Notes under the pieces: model-generated | Databases searched by the model: none | Told to the model about the DNA's origin: nothing | The model's input: only the letters and a program-made list of their open reading frames with translations | Program-made: the position numbers and the translations under genes | DNA from: an uncultured Verrucomicrobiota bacterium | Lineage (GTDB): Bacteria > Verrucomicrobiota > Verrucomicrobiia > Limisphaerales > UBA9464 | Length of the DNA: 64,000 bases | Direction of reading: 5' to 3' | Assembly: GCA_903907925.1 (NCBI GenBank) | Contig: CAIVQB010000015.1 | Span: 1,203 to 65,202 of the forward strand | In this document: positions 35,848-45,443 of the stretch, piece after piece | Position numbering within the stretch: position 1 is the stretch's first letter | How the letters are laid out: each line of letters begins with the position of its first letter

Positions 35848-37566
35848 TCACGCGCGGAACAACTGCCCGAGCCGGCGACCCAAGAGCCGTCCGGCGACGG
35901 CCAGGCCGGCTCCCAAGAGGATCATTCCCAGCACGCCCAGAGCGCAGGCGACGCCGGGTGATCGCGGGTCAATCCGACCCATCAATTGCCAGATCTGCTT
36001 GGTGATTGGGTAGAATCGATCCCGCTGGGCGAGAATCAGGCTGTCGCTGACCTCCAGCATGGCGAAGGAGAAGGTGAGCAACATGCCGGCGACGAGATGG
36101 GCGGCCGTGAGCGGGAGTGTGATGCGCCGCAGCGTCCGCAGCGGTCCGGCCCCGAGACTGGCGCTGGCCTCCTCCAACGTGACGCTGGTTTGAAGGAAAC
36201 CGGCGTAGGCCGACCGGACGATGTAGGGAAGCCGCCGGACACTGTAGCTGATCACCAGCAGGAACACCGGATTCGTCCGCGGATCGAGCCAACTGTCGAG
36301 CAGGGGATGCCGGCGTTCGTCGATTTCGAACCCGGCGAAATAGCCGAACGCCAGGACCAACCCGGGCAGGGCCAGCGGTAGCATGGCCAATGCGTCCAGC
36401 AGGGCACCGAAGCGGAGGTGCCGCCGGGCCAGCAACCAGGCGATACCGACGCCGAGGAAGAAGTCGACCAGGCTGCTCAGGCCGGAATACACGAGGCTGT
36501 TGCGCACGGCGGAAGCAGTCAGTCCGTGGGCGGCGACCTCCGCGTAGTTTGCGGTCGTCCAGACGTCGGGGAGCACGGTGAAAAACCAGTGGCCGGAAAG
36601 CGAAACGAGGAGGACCGACAGGTGTGGAATCAGGGCCAATGCGAGCAGGAATGATCCTGCCAGCCAGAAGAGTCCGGTTCGGAGCGGGCCGGCAACGGGC
36701 AGCGCCACTCCGGTTCCGCGGGGGACGACCGTCCGGCCCGAAGCACCGGCGAGGCGTCGGGTGGCGAGGAACAGCAGGGCGATCAGGAAGAGCGTCAACA
36801 CCACCAAGGCGTACCCCTGCGGATTGGTGTTGAGATCATTGACGGCGTCGAAGATCTGGATGGGAACGACCCGGCTGAATCCGGTGATCAATGGCGTGCC
36901 GAGATCGGTGAAGGACCAGATCCAGACGATGACCGCGCCGGCGAACCAGCCGGGAAGAATGAGCGGAAACGTGATGGTGCGGAATTGACGCCAGCCGGTC
37001 GCTCCGAGACTCGCCGCGCTTTCCCGCAGGGACGGATCCACGCCGGCCATCGCCGCGGAAACGTTGAGGTAGAGGACCGGGTAAAGATGCAGGACCTGCA
37101 GCAGGATGATGCTCCAGAAACCGCCGGCGGCCAGCCAGTCGATGGTGTGGGCGGGATCCATCAGATTGAAGTGGATCAACAGCAGATTGAGGGAGCCGTA
37201 CCGGGCCAGGAGTTGTTTCAGGCCGATGGCGCCCACGAAGGGCGGCAGGATCATCGGCACGAGAAGACAGGCCGACAACAACAGCCGCCCCCTGAACTTC
37301 CAGGCGGTTACAACGTGGGCCAGTGGGAGGACCAGCGCGGTGGAGAGAAATACCGTGAGCGTCGCAATAAACGCGGAATTCAGGAAGGCCTCGCGTTGAA
37401 AGGGGCTGGCGAGGATGAACCGGAAATGGTTCATCGTGAATTCACCCTCCAGCCCAAAGGCCCGCCGCAGTGTGAAGGCGAGGGGATAGGCGAGGAACGC
37501 GGTGAAGAACAGGAACAGGAAACCCAGGAGCAGGATGGTTCCGAACCCCAGACGTTCGCGTTTCAT
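35848..37566 (-). CDS. ABC transporter permease, duplicated (two-domain) FbpB/ThiP-type
   Basis: 572-aa polytopic protein with two BPD-transport EAA-loop regions (ESAASLGATGWRQFRTITFPL and EEASASLGAGPLRTLRRITLPL). Confidence 0.88.
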   Translation of the reverse strand: MKRERLGFGTILLLGFLFLFFTAFLAYPLAFTLRRAFGLEGEFTMNHFRFILASPFQREAFLNSAFIATLTVFLSTALVLPLAHVVTAWKFRGRLLLSACLLVPMILPPFVGAIGLKQLLARYGSLNLLLIHFNLMDPAHTIDWLAAGGFWSIILLQVLHLYPVLYLNVSAAMAGVDPSLRESAASLGATGWRQFRTITFPLILPGWFAGAVIVWIWSFTDLGTPLITGFSRVVPIQIFDAVNDLNTNPQGYALVVLTLFLIALLFLATRRLAGASGRTVVPRGTGVALPVAGPLRTGLFWLAGSFLLALALIPHLSVLLVSLSGHWFFTVLPDVWTTANYAEVAAHGLTASAVRNSLVYSGLSSLVDFFLGVGIAWLLARRHLRFGALLDALAMLPLALPGLVLAFGYFAGFEIDERRHPLLDSWLDPRTNPVFLLVISYSVRRLPYIVRSAYAGFLQTSVTLEEASASLGAGPLRTLRRITLPLTAAHLVAGMLLTFSFAMLEVSDSLILAQRDRFYPITKQIWQLMGRIDPRSPGVACALGVLGMILLGAGLAVAGRLLGRRLGQLFRA

Positions 37567-37746
37567 CGTCGACGGGGAGCGTGTCGCATCCCGGGCTGGT
37601 CAGGCGAGCGCGAACATCGGCAGACGCGCTCGCCGAGGGCGGTGATGCCGGGAAGCCAGAACGGTGGCCACCGGAGTGTTGCGGTCCGTGATCATCCGTT
37701 CCTTGACGGTGACGGGACCGCCAAGCAGGCTTTGCCCCAGCGTTGA

Positions 37747-37820
37747 GCGGGCGTAGCTCAATGGTAGAGTTCCAGTCTTCCAAACTGGCCATACGGGTTC
37801 GATTCCCGTCGCCCGCTCCA
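37747..37820 (+). tRNA. tRNA-Gly (anticodon UCC)
   Basis: The cloverleaf was read by hand. Acceptor stem gcgggcg/cgcccgc, D arm agctcaatggtagagt, anticodon stem-loop ccagt-cttccaa-actgg (UCC), T arm ggttcgattcc, and an encoded CCA end. Confidence 0.92.
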
Positions 37821-37975
37821 GTCGTTCCCCGTCGAACCCACGTTTCACCGGGCTATCCCGCTCAGCCTCCCCGTCGTTCCCTGAAACCTCGATTTTCGCA
37901 ACAACGCGGGCCGGCATTGAGGAAAACGGGGTTTATGCTGGCGCCGGTGGTGGAGTTTGATTCTCAATCATCGCC

Positions 37976-38191
37976 ATGGAAAAACCGTCCAAGACCCCGG
38001 ACGGGTCGTCCGAAAAACCTAAGGTGCGCACGTGGCGTCCGGAGGAGGACCGTCCGAGCCGATTCTTTCAGTGGATGGTTATTCTTCCCGACAAGTTCAC
38101 GTCCCGGAAGTTCAACCTCTACCAGCTCTTCCTGGTGGTGACGCTCGGGGTGCTGTTCTACGTCTTTGTTCTCGAACGGCTCGGTGATTGA
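37976..38191 (+). CDS. small tail-anchored membrane protein (hypothetical)
   Basis: 71-aa product with a charged N-terminus and a C-terminal TM helix (LYQLFLVVTLGVLFYVFVL). No motif. Confidence 0.35.
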   Translation: MEKPSKTPDGSSEKPKVRTWRPEEDRPSRFFQWMVILPDKFTSRKFNLYQLFLVVTLGVLFYVFVLERLGD

Positions 38192-38210
38192 GCGGTTGGG
38201 CAAAGATAAG

Positions 38211-38756
38211 ATGACGGAAGAACAGCACGTCGACGAGATTCGCGCTCTGAAGCGTGGAGCTCGCGAGATTACGCCAGCAACATTTGCGCGGATTGAGGCT
38301 GCGTTGGCGGCCTATCCTCTTTCTCCGCGCCTGTGGTGCATTCGAGGTGATTGCATCCAGCTCGGAGCGGAAGATTCGTCGTACGTTCTTCGCGATGCTT
38401 TGGCTTCCTATGAGCGCGCACTAAAGATCGATCCGAGGTTTGCGGAGGCCCACGAATCGGTTGGCTACTATTTTGATGTGATCGAAGAAGACCTCGCCAA
38501 GGCTGAGGTAGCGTTTGTCACCGCGATCGAGTTCGGTGGCGGATCGCACAGCTACTCCGGCCTCGCACGCGTGATGGCCGAGCGGGGCCGCGACCGAGAA
38601 GAGATCCTCGCTATGCTCGCCCGATGTTCCGAGCGGGATTCATCAGCGATCCGGGAGGCACGCCAAGAAACATTGCGCGGCGAGTGGGAGCGTCCGAAGA
38701 AAGAGCCCAACCAGGCGCAAGAGCCAACGGCCCCGAGCGGCCGTGGCTCATCTTGA
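38211..38756 (+). CDS. TPR-like repeat protein (hypothetical)
   Basis: ATG 38211. DALASYERALKIDPRFAEAHESVGYYF is a canonical TPR-type repeat. Codon usage is visibly more A/T-ending than in neighbouring genes. Confidence 0.5.
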   Translation: MTEEQHVDEIRALKRGAREITPATFARIEAALAAYPLSPRLWCIRGDCIQLGAEDSSYVLRDALASYERALKIDPRFAEAHESVGYYFDVIEEDLAKAEVAFVTAIEFGGGSHSYSGLARVMAERGRDREEILAMLARCSERDSSAIREARQETLRGEWERPKKEPNQAQEPTAPSGRGSS

Positions 38757-39000
38757 ACGGTGGAGTGAAGGTTGGATTCATCGCGGGCGGAACCCAGGGA
38801 TTCCCTCCGCGCGCATCTTGACACTCCCCCGTTTGGAGTTTCGCCGTTCAGGCGGTCTGGGCTTGGGCGCACGCTGGCCGCATAAGCGCGGAATTCCAAA
38901 CTTCCGGCCTGCGGCGTTCGAGGGGCAGTGTCAAGATGCGCGCCCGTTCCCTCCGCTTTTGGTCTTTCTCTGCGGGGCGGAATGAAGCATCCTGCGACCC

Positions 39001-42000
39001 GTGGACTCCGCCGCCGCCGCCCCCACGGGCGCATCCAGTGTTTCCAGCGCCCCAACCGCCGTCCTCCCGCATAAACCCGCCGCGCTGTTGGAGCTCTATC
39101 GGGCGATGTTCACCGCCCGATCGGTGGATCAGGTCGAGATGGAGTTGGTGAACCGGGGGGAAGCCTTCTTTCATGTGGGGGGTGCCGGACACGAAGCCAG
39201 TGCGGTATTGGCGGCCTTCCTGACTGCGGACGACTGGCTCCACCTCCACTACCGGGACAAGGCTTTGATGTTGGCCCGCGGGTTGCCCATCGAGGAGTTT
39301 TTCCACAGCGCACTTTGCACCGCAGCCTCGCATTCCGCCGGGCGTCAGATGAGCGCCCACCTCAGCTCCCCGGCATTGAATCTCCTCAGCCTGGTCGGTC
39401 CGGTGGGGAACAATGCCCTGCAGGCGGTCGGCGTGGCGCAGGAGGTTGCGGATCGTCCTGGCAATCCCCTGGTGGTCTGCGCCGTGGGCGATGGAACCAG
39501 CCAGCAGGGGGAGTTTTTGGAAGCCGTCGCGGAAGCCGTCCGATCGCAGGCACCGGTGTTGTTCTGGATCGAGGACAACGGCCTCGCCATTTCGACCCAG
39601 ACCCGGGGCAATACCCTCTTCGACCTGCCCGACGGACCGGCGCGCGAGTATCTCGGTCTGCCCCTGCATCGTCTCGACGGCCGCGATCCCATCGCCTGCC
39701 TGAGGGCGGTGGCCCCGATCATCGAACGGATTCGGCGGAGTCGCGGTCCGGCCCTGGTGGTGTTTCAGGTCGACCGGTTGACCCACCACACCAATGCCGA
39801 TGACGAACGCGTCTACCGGGCGGAGGCCGATCGTCAGAGGGTTCGGAGGGTTTCGGATCCCGTGGAGGCCATTCGGAATGCCCTGCGTGCAGATGGCCTT
39901 TCGGAGGCTGAGTTGGCGGCCTTGGAATCGCGATGGACCGCGTCGGTTCGGTCGGCGGCCGAGCTGGCCCTGCGCGCACCCAATCCGGAGACCTGCCTGG
40001 ACGCGCGGGAACCGCTGCCGGCGTCGTGGAAAACCCGGACCGAGTATTCCGGCCAGCCGGGCGGAGAACGGTTTTCCATGTTGGAAGCCCTCCGCGAGGT
40101 GTTGCGGCTCCGGCTAGAAAACGATGCGCGCGTTTCCCTTTTTGGACAGGATCTCGAAGATCCCAAGGGCGATGTATTCGGCTTGACCCGCGGATTGTCC
40201 ACCGCGCATCCCGGTCGGGTCCGGAACTCGCCGCTCGCGGAGAGCACTATTGCAGGCGTTGGCGTCGGCCGCGCCCTGGCCGGTGGCCGGCCGGTGGCGT
40301 GCATCCAGTTCGCGGATTTTCTTCCGATCGCCTTCAACCAGATTGCCAGCGAGATGGGTTCGATGTTCTGGCGGACCTGCGGCGGTTGGAGGGCACCGGT
40401 GATCCTGATGGCACCGTGCGGCGGCTACCGGCCAGGACTCGGACCATTCCACGCACAGACCTTCGAATCGATCGTGGCCCACGTCCCCGGGGTGGATGTC
40501 GTGATGCCCAGCACCGCAGCCGATGCCGCCGGCTTGTTGAATGCCGCGTTTGAATCGGGTCGGCCCACGGTTTTTCTCTATCCCAAGGTCTGCTTGAACG
40601 ATCCGGCACTCGCGACGAGTCGCGACGTGGCGGACCACTGGGTCCGTCCCGGAGTGGCACGACGGGTTCGCACCGGGGACGACCTGACCCTGGTGACGTG
40701 GGGCGCGACCGTTCCCCTCGCGGTGCGGGCTGCCGATTTCCTGCAGGCGGCGGGTGTTTCGGTCGACCTGCTGGATTTGCGCAGCCTGAGCCCGTGGGAC
40801 GCGGAGGCGGTGACCGCCAGTGCCGAGCGCACCGGGCGCCTGGTGGTGGTGCACGAGGACAATTTGACCTGCGGATTTGGTGCCGAGGTGGTGGCGACAG
40901 TGGCGGAGCGTTCTCGAAAACCAGTTCGATCACGACGGGTCACCCGGCCGGACACCTATGTTCCGTGCAATTATGTGAACCAGTTGGAGGTTTTGCCCGG
41001 AATCCGGCGCATTCTCGAAGCGGCCGCCGAGTTGTGTGACTTGGAGCTGGGATGGGAAGCCCAACCATTGGCCACCGCGGGCGTGCATGTTCTGGAAGCG
41101 GTGGGATCCAGTCCCGCCGACCAGACCGTGGCGGTCGTCGAGTGGAAGGTTTCGGAAGGACAGGAGATCGAGGCCGGGGCTTTGCTGGCCGACTGCGAGG
41201 CGGACAAGGCGACGTTTGAGCTGCGAGCCCCGGTGGCGGGTTTTATTCGAGATTTGCGTCCCTCGGACGAAAAGGTGCCGGTCGGGACGCCTCTGGCCCG
41301 GATCTTCACGCGAACCTCGGAGGTGGCCTTTCCCCGACGGATTCCGGTGGAACCGATTCCGCGGATCGGCAAACGGGCCAATTCCGCACGGGTTGCGGTG
41401 GCCCAAACTGCGGGCGAAACCATCCGGGATGGTCGTTCGGTGGTGGGGATTGCGACGGTGGTGGGAGTGCCCGCCGGCCGCGAGGTGACCAACGCCGAGC
41501 TGATCCAGCGCTTTCCCGGTCGTTCGGTGGCCGATATTTTTCAACGCACCGGCATCGAATCGCGCCGGCTTCTCGCACCCGGGGAATCAGTGGTCACACT
41601 GGCCGCCGCGGCCGCGCGCGGTGCGCTGCGGGAGTCCGGGCTGATGGCCTCCGATCTTGATGCCATTTTCGTGAGCACCAGTTCCCCGGTTTCGCTGAGT
41701 CCCAGTCTGGCGTGCCTGTTGCATCACGAGCTGGCGAAGGATGGTCCGCTGAAGGATCTGCCCGCGGTCGATCTGCTGGCGGCCTGCACCGGGTATTTGT
41801 ACGCGCTCCAGTCGGCCTTTGATTTCTGCCAGTCGAAACCGGATGCGCGAATCCTGGTGGTCACCGCCGAGGCGATGAGCACCTACACCGATCCCAACGA
41901 CTTCGACACGGCAATCGTCTTCGCCGACGCCGCGACGGCCACACTTGTGGCGGGACCGGCGTCGGCCGGCTTCATGGCTTCGCGGGCCTTCCTGCACCGG

Positions 42001-42402
42001 CCGGTGCTGAGCGCAAGGGGTGAGGATGGCACCATTTTGAATCACGGACGCCGCGAGCGGCCGAGCGTCAACATGGACGGTCTGAAGGTGTTTCCGATGG
42101 CGGTCCGGCAGTTGATCGCGCTGATGAAGCAGGCCTGCGAAGAGTGCCAGGTCCCGATGCAGGAATTGGAGTACATCATTCCCCATCAGGCCAACGGCCG
42201 GATTCTGGATGCCGTCGACCAACGGCTTCGTTTGCCCCGTGGCCGGCTGATCAACCGGGTTCGCCACAGCGGCAACACCAGCAGCAGCAGCATTCCGCTG
42301 GTGTTGGCCCAGTTGCTGTCGGAAAAACCCGTCGGCCGGGCCGGTCTGTGCGCCTTCGGGGGCGGATTCACCTTCGGCGCCGCCGTGCTGGAGTTTTCCT
42401 GA
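39001..42402 (+). CDS. fusion protein: 2-oxoacid dehydrogenase E1 alpha + E1 beta + lipoyl-attachment domain + FabH-type 3-oxoacyl-ACP synthase III
   Basis: GTG start and one uninterrupted 1133-codon frame. E1 alpha (~39070-40020) has the TPP motif GDGTSQQGEFLEA..LFWIEDNGLAIS. E1 beta (~40065-41040) has NSPLAESTIAGVGVGRAL, the FADFL region, and the C-terminal LRSLSPWD. The lipoyl domain (~41080-41310) has CEADKATFELRAPVAGFI, with Lys codon at 41206. The KAS III domain (~41440-42399) has the Cys-His-Asn triad (LLAACTGYLYAL with Cys codon at 41785, IPHQANGRIL, SGNTSSSSIP). Confidence 0.85.
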   Translation: MDSAAAAPTGASSVSSAPTAVLPHKPAALLELYRAMFTARSVDQVEMELVNRGEAFFHVGGAGHEASAVLAAFLTADDWLHLHYRDKALMLARGLPIEEFFHSALCTAASHSAGRQMSAHLSSPALNLLSLVGPVGNNALQAVGVAQEVADRPGNPLVVCAVGDGTSQQGEFLEAVAEAVRSQAPVLFWIEDNGLAISTQTRGNTLFDLPDGPAREYLGLPLHRLDGRDPIACLRAVAPIIERIRRSRGPALVVFQVDRLTHHTNADDERVYRAEADRQRVRRVSDPVEAIRNALRADGLSEAELAALESRWTASVRSAAELALRAPNPETCLDAREPLPASWKTRTEYSGQPGGERFSMLEALREVLRLRLENDARVSLFGQDLEDPKGDVFGLTRGLSTAHPGRVRNSPLAESTIAGVGVGRALAGGRPVACIQFADFLPIAFNQIASEMGSMFWRTCGGWRAPVILMAPCGGYRPGLGPFHAQTFESIVAHVPGVDVVMPSTAADAAGLLNAAFESGRPTVFLYPKVCLNDPALATSRDVADHWVRPGVARRVRTGDDLTLVTWGATVPLAVRAADFLQAAGVSVDLLDLRSLSPWDAEAVTASAERTGRLVVVHEDNLTCGFGAEVVATVAERSRKPVRSRRVTRPDTYVPCNYVNQLEVLPGIRRILEAAAELCDLELGWEAQPLATAGVHVLEAVGSSPADQTVAVVEWKVSEGQEIEAGALLADCEADKATFELRAPVAGFIRDLRPSDEKVPVGTPLARIFTRTSEVAFPRRIPVEPIPRIGKRANSARVAVAQTAGETIRDGRSVVGIATVVGVPAGREVTNAELIQRFPGRSVADIFQRTGIESRRLLAPGESVVTLAAAAARGALRESGLMASDLDAIFVSTSSPVSLSPSLACLLHHELAKDGPLKDLPAVDLLAACTGYLYALQSAFDFCQSKPDARILVVTAEAMSTYTDPNDFDTAIVFADAATATLVAGPASAGFMASRAFLHRPVLSARGEDGTILNHGRRERPSVNMDGLKVFPMAVRQLIALMKQACEECQVPMQELEYIIPHQANGRILDAVDQRLRLPRGRLINRVRHSGNTSSSSIPLVLAQLLSEKPVGRAGLCAFGGGFTFGAAVLEFS

Positions 42403-42480
42403 CGTTTGGAGCCTCGAACGGGGCACCCGGAGGTCGCTTGCTACGAGGGGGTGCGATCCTCTACGGTCACTTCCCAATTT

Positions 42481-43719
42481 ATGGCGTTGCTGAATGACAA
42501 TTATCTCAAACTCAAGGCGGGGTATCTGTTTCCCGAGATTGGCCGGCGGGTCAAGGCGTTCACCGAGGCCCATCCGGAGGCTGCCGCCCGACTGATCCGC
42601 TGCGGGATAGGCGATGTCACCGAGCCACTCCCCCCGGTGGTGGTGGCGGCGTTGCACCGCGCGGTCGATGAAATGGCCCAACGTTCGACCTTTCGCGGTT
42701 ATGGTCCGGAACAAGGCTACGATTTCCTGCGGTCCGCCATCGCCCAAAACGATTATCGGAGCCAGGGAATGGACATCGCGGACGATGAGATTTTCGTCAG
42801 CGACGGTTCCAAATGCGATTGCGGGGCGATCCTGGACATCCTCGGCGACCGCAACCGCATTGCGATTTCCGATCCGGTGTATCCGGTCTACGTTGATACC
42901 AACGTGATGGTGGGACATACCGGGTCTGCCGACGTTTCCGGTGCGTACGAGGGCCTGGTGTACCTGCCGTGCACGCCGCAGAACGGGTTCATCCCCGAAC
43001 CGCCGAAGGAAGCGGTCGACGTGATCTACCTGTGTTCCCCCAACAACCCCACCGGGGCGGCGGCCACCCGTCCGCAGTTGGAGGCCTGGGTCGCCTATGC
43101 GCTCCGGCATGGTTCAATCCTGCTGTTCGATGCGGCTTACGAGGCCTACATCACCCAGGCGGGGGTGCCGCATTCCATCTATGAGATTCCGGGAGCGCGC
43201 GAGTGCGCCATCGAGTTTCGTAGTTTCTCGAAAAACGGCGGATTCACCGGTACCCGTTGCGCGTTCACCGTGGTGCCGAAGAGTCTCAAAGCCCGCACCG
43301 GCACCGGCGAATCCATGGCGTTGCACCCGCTGTGGTCGCGCCGGATGACCACCAAGTTCAACGGCGTTCCCTACATCGTCCAACGGGCCGCCGAAGCGCT
43401 GTATTCGACGGAGGGCAGGGCCCAGGTCCGCGGGTTGATCGAACACTATCTCGGAAACGCGGCGGTGTTGGTGGCCGGGGCGAAGGCGGCCGGGCTGACG
43501 GTCTTTGGCGGGGTCAATGCCCCGTATATATGGGTCGCGACACCGGCCGGCAACACCAGTTGGCAGGCGTTCGACCGGATTCTGTCGGAGGCCCACGTGG
43601 TGATCACGCCGGGAAGCGGATTCGGATCGAAGGGTGAAGGGTACTTCCGGGTCAGTGCGTTCAACTCGAGGGCCAATGCCGAAGAAGTGGCGCGCAGACT
43701 CCAGGGCCTGCGCTGGTAA
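42481..43719 (+). CDS. dapL: LL-diaminopimelate aminotransferase
   Basis: ATG 42481. The N-terminus ([20 protein letters not shown]) is characteristic of DapL. PLP lysine region [15 protein letters not shown]. Confidence 0.9.
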   Translation: MALLNDNYLKLKAGYLFPEIGRRVKAFTEAHPEAAARLIRCGIGDVTEPLPPVVVAALHRAVDEMAQRSTFRGYGPEQGYDFLRSAIAQNDYRSQGMDIADDEIFVSDGSKCDCGAILDILGDRNRIAISDPVYPVYVDTNVMVGHTGSADVSGAYEGLVYLPCTPQNGFIPEPPKEAVDVIYLCSPNNPTGAAATRPQLEAWVAYALRHGSILLFDAAYEAYITQAGVPHSIYEIPGARECAIEFRSFSKNGGFTGTRCAFTVVPKSLKARTGTGESMALHPLWSRRMTTKFNGVPYIVQRAAEALYSTEGRAQVRGLIEHYLGNAAVLVAGAKAAGLTVFGGVNAPYIWVATPAGNTSWQAFDRILSEAHVVITPGSGFGSKGEGYFRVSAFNSRANAEEVARRLQGLRW

Positions 43720-43764
43720 CAGCCGGGAGAGGCCAAGACCGAGTTGAGTGAACCCTCAAGTCAC

Positions 43765-43797
43765 AAAAACGGATCGGAAGTGCTCCGATCCGTTTTT
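43765..43797. terminator. bidirectional intrinsic terminator between dapL and the DUF1501 gene
   Basis: aaaaa-cggatcgga-agtgc-tccgatccg-ttttt: a 9-10 bp stem and 5-nt loop with an A-run on the left and a T-run on the right, between convergent genes. Confidence 0.65.
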
Positions 43798-43843
43798 CGC
43801 TGTGGCAGAATGCAGAGGCGGTGGTCTGGCACCCGCGGTGGCG

Positions 43844-45229
43844 TCAGGTGGTGAGCTGGTTTGCGCGGCCGGTGCTGTCGCCGAAGCGCTCCGCGGGAAC
43901 GTTCATACGATCGAGCATGGAGAGGAAAACGTTCGCCATCGGGGTCTCCTTCGGGAAGCGAATATGCCGCCCGGTCTGAATCGAACCGCCGCCGCGCCCC
44001 GCCAGAAGAATCGGGAGGTTGTCGTGAGCGTGTTGGTTTCCGTCAGCCAAACCACTGCCGTAGAGGATCATCGATTGATCCAGCAGTGAGCCAGATCCCT
44101 CCTGGATGGACTTCAGCTTGCCGATGAAATAGGCGAATTGTTCCAGGTGGAACCGGTTGATCTTGGCGATCTTCGCCTTCTTTTCCTCGTCGTTCTGATG
44201 GTGGGACAGCGTGTGGTGTCCTTCGGAGACGCCGACCTGGGGATAGGGATCGTCGCTGCCGTCGTGTTTCATGACGAAGGTGGCCACCCGGGTGGCGTCG
44301 GTTTGAAAGGCAAGCGCCAGGATGTCCAGCATGAGACGTGAATGCGGCTGGAAATCCGGGCGACCCCGGTCGTTGCGGGGAATGCCGGTCGGCTGTTGGA
44401 AGCCGGGTAGGTCCTGGCCGACGGTCTTGGCCAGTTGGATTCGCCGTTCCAGGTCGCGGACCGAAGTGAGGTATTCGTCGAGTTTTCGCTGATCTGTTCG
44501 GCCCAGCTTGGCGTTGAGCACGCGGGCGTCTTCGAGAACGAAATCGAGGATGCTCTTCTCGTCGCGTTCCCGTCGTGCGCGGCGTTCCGCGGTCTCGTTG
44601 CGGTTCGCCGATGAAAACAGGCGCTCGAAGGCGAGGGCGGGATCGACCTCGGGTGGCAGGGGCGAGGACGGGGTGCGCCAGGCGATGTTGTAGGAATACG
44701 CGCAACTGTAGCCCGAATCGCAGTTTCCCGACGTTTGCCCGCGGTCGCAGCCGAGTTCCAGGGAGGCGAACCGGGTTTCGCGTCCGAGTCGTTGGGCGGC
44801 GACTTGATCGACGGAAATGCCTGCGTGGATGTCGACGCCGTTGGTTTTGCGGATCCGGGTCGAGGTCAGCCAGGTCGCGGAAGCCCGGGCATGGTCGCCG
44901 GCTCCGTCCATCTTGGCGCGACCGGCGTCCTGGGTCAGGCCGGTGAGGACGTTGAAATCGGACTGGAGATTCTTAAGCGGTTCGAGAATCGCGGGCAGAT
45001 CAAAACCGGTCCCGAGTGTTTTCGGGGTCCAGTCGGCCATGTTGATCCCGTTGGGGACGTAAATGAACGCCATGCGTCGCGGCAGGACGCTTCCGACCGC
45101 GGAGCCGGTGACTCCCGAGGTGTCGGCCAGAGATTTGATCGGGCGGATCGATTCCAGAAAAGGCAGGGCCACCAAGGTGCCAAGCCCCTTGAGAAAGTGC
45201 CGTCGGGGCAGTGGAAAGGAGGTGTTCAT
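43844..45229 (-). CDS. DUF1501 domain protein (sulfatase-fold, Tat signal)
   Basis: ATG 45229. Tat-type signal (RRHFLKGLGTLVALPFLES) and the DUF1501 C-terminal pattern (ILYGSGLADGNQHAHDNLPILLAGRGGG). Confidence 0.9.
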   Translation of the reverse strand: MNTSFPLPRRHFLKGLGTLVALPFLESIRPIKSLADTSGVTGSAVGSVLPRRMAFIYVPNGINMADWTPKTLGTGFDLPAILEPLKNLQSDFNVLTGLTQDAGRAKMDGAGDHARASATWLTSTRIRKTNGVDIHAGISVDQVAAQRLGRETRFASLELGCDRGQTSGNCDSGYSCAYSYNIAWRTPSSPLPPEVDPALAFERLFSSANRNETAERRARRERDEKSILDFVLEDARVLNAKLGRTDQRKLDEYLTSVRDLERRIQLAKTVGQDLPGFQQPTGIPRNDRGRPDFQPHSRLMLDILALAFQTDATRVATFVMKHDGSDDPYPQVGVSEGHHTLSHHQNDEEKKAKIAKINRFHLEQFAYFIGKLKSIQEGSGSLLDQSMILYGSGLADGNQHAHDNLPILLAGRGGGSIQTGRHIRFPKETPMANVFLSMLDRMNVPAERFGDSTGRANQLTT

Positions 45230-45443
45230 GCTGTTTTGGAAGGCTGAAGGTAAACTAAAGTGCTTCAACAGGAAGACAAGCTGAGACGACGTTCTGAGGG
45301 ACGTTTCGCAGCAGCAGTTCTTCAATCGGAATCAGGCGCATTTTTTTTTCATTTTCTATTGACCCTAAGGCGCTTTTCGATTGGAATGGCTCAAGAAGTT
45401 GGTGCGAGTGGACCAACCTGAACACTTAGATATACCATAAAAC

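Noticed and set aside
37567-37746. Possible TPP or cobalamin riboswitch upstream of the ThiP/FbpB-like permease.
   Set aside because: I could not find the CUGAGA/ACCUGA elements of the TPP aptamer or a B12-box-like GCCACUG in the minus-strand reading. Only a simple hairpin is present. I leave this as an unexplained hairpin rather than a riboswitch call.
37600-37917. 105-aa minus-strand ORF spanning the tRNA-Gly locus.
   Set aside because: It runs antisense through a well-formed tRNA gene, so it is spurious.
45326-45443. Tried to assign -35/-10 promoter boxes upstream of the PEP-CTERM gene (TTGACC at ~45360).
   Set aside because: No convincing -10 hexamer lies at 16-18 nt spacing, and promoter consensus in this phylum is not well defined. 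I mention it only as context in the corresponding finding.
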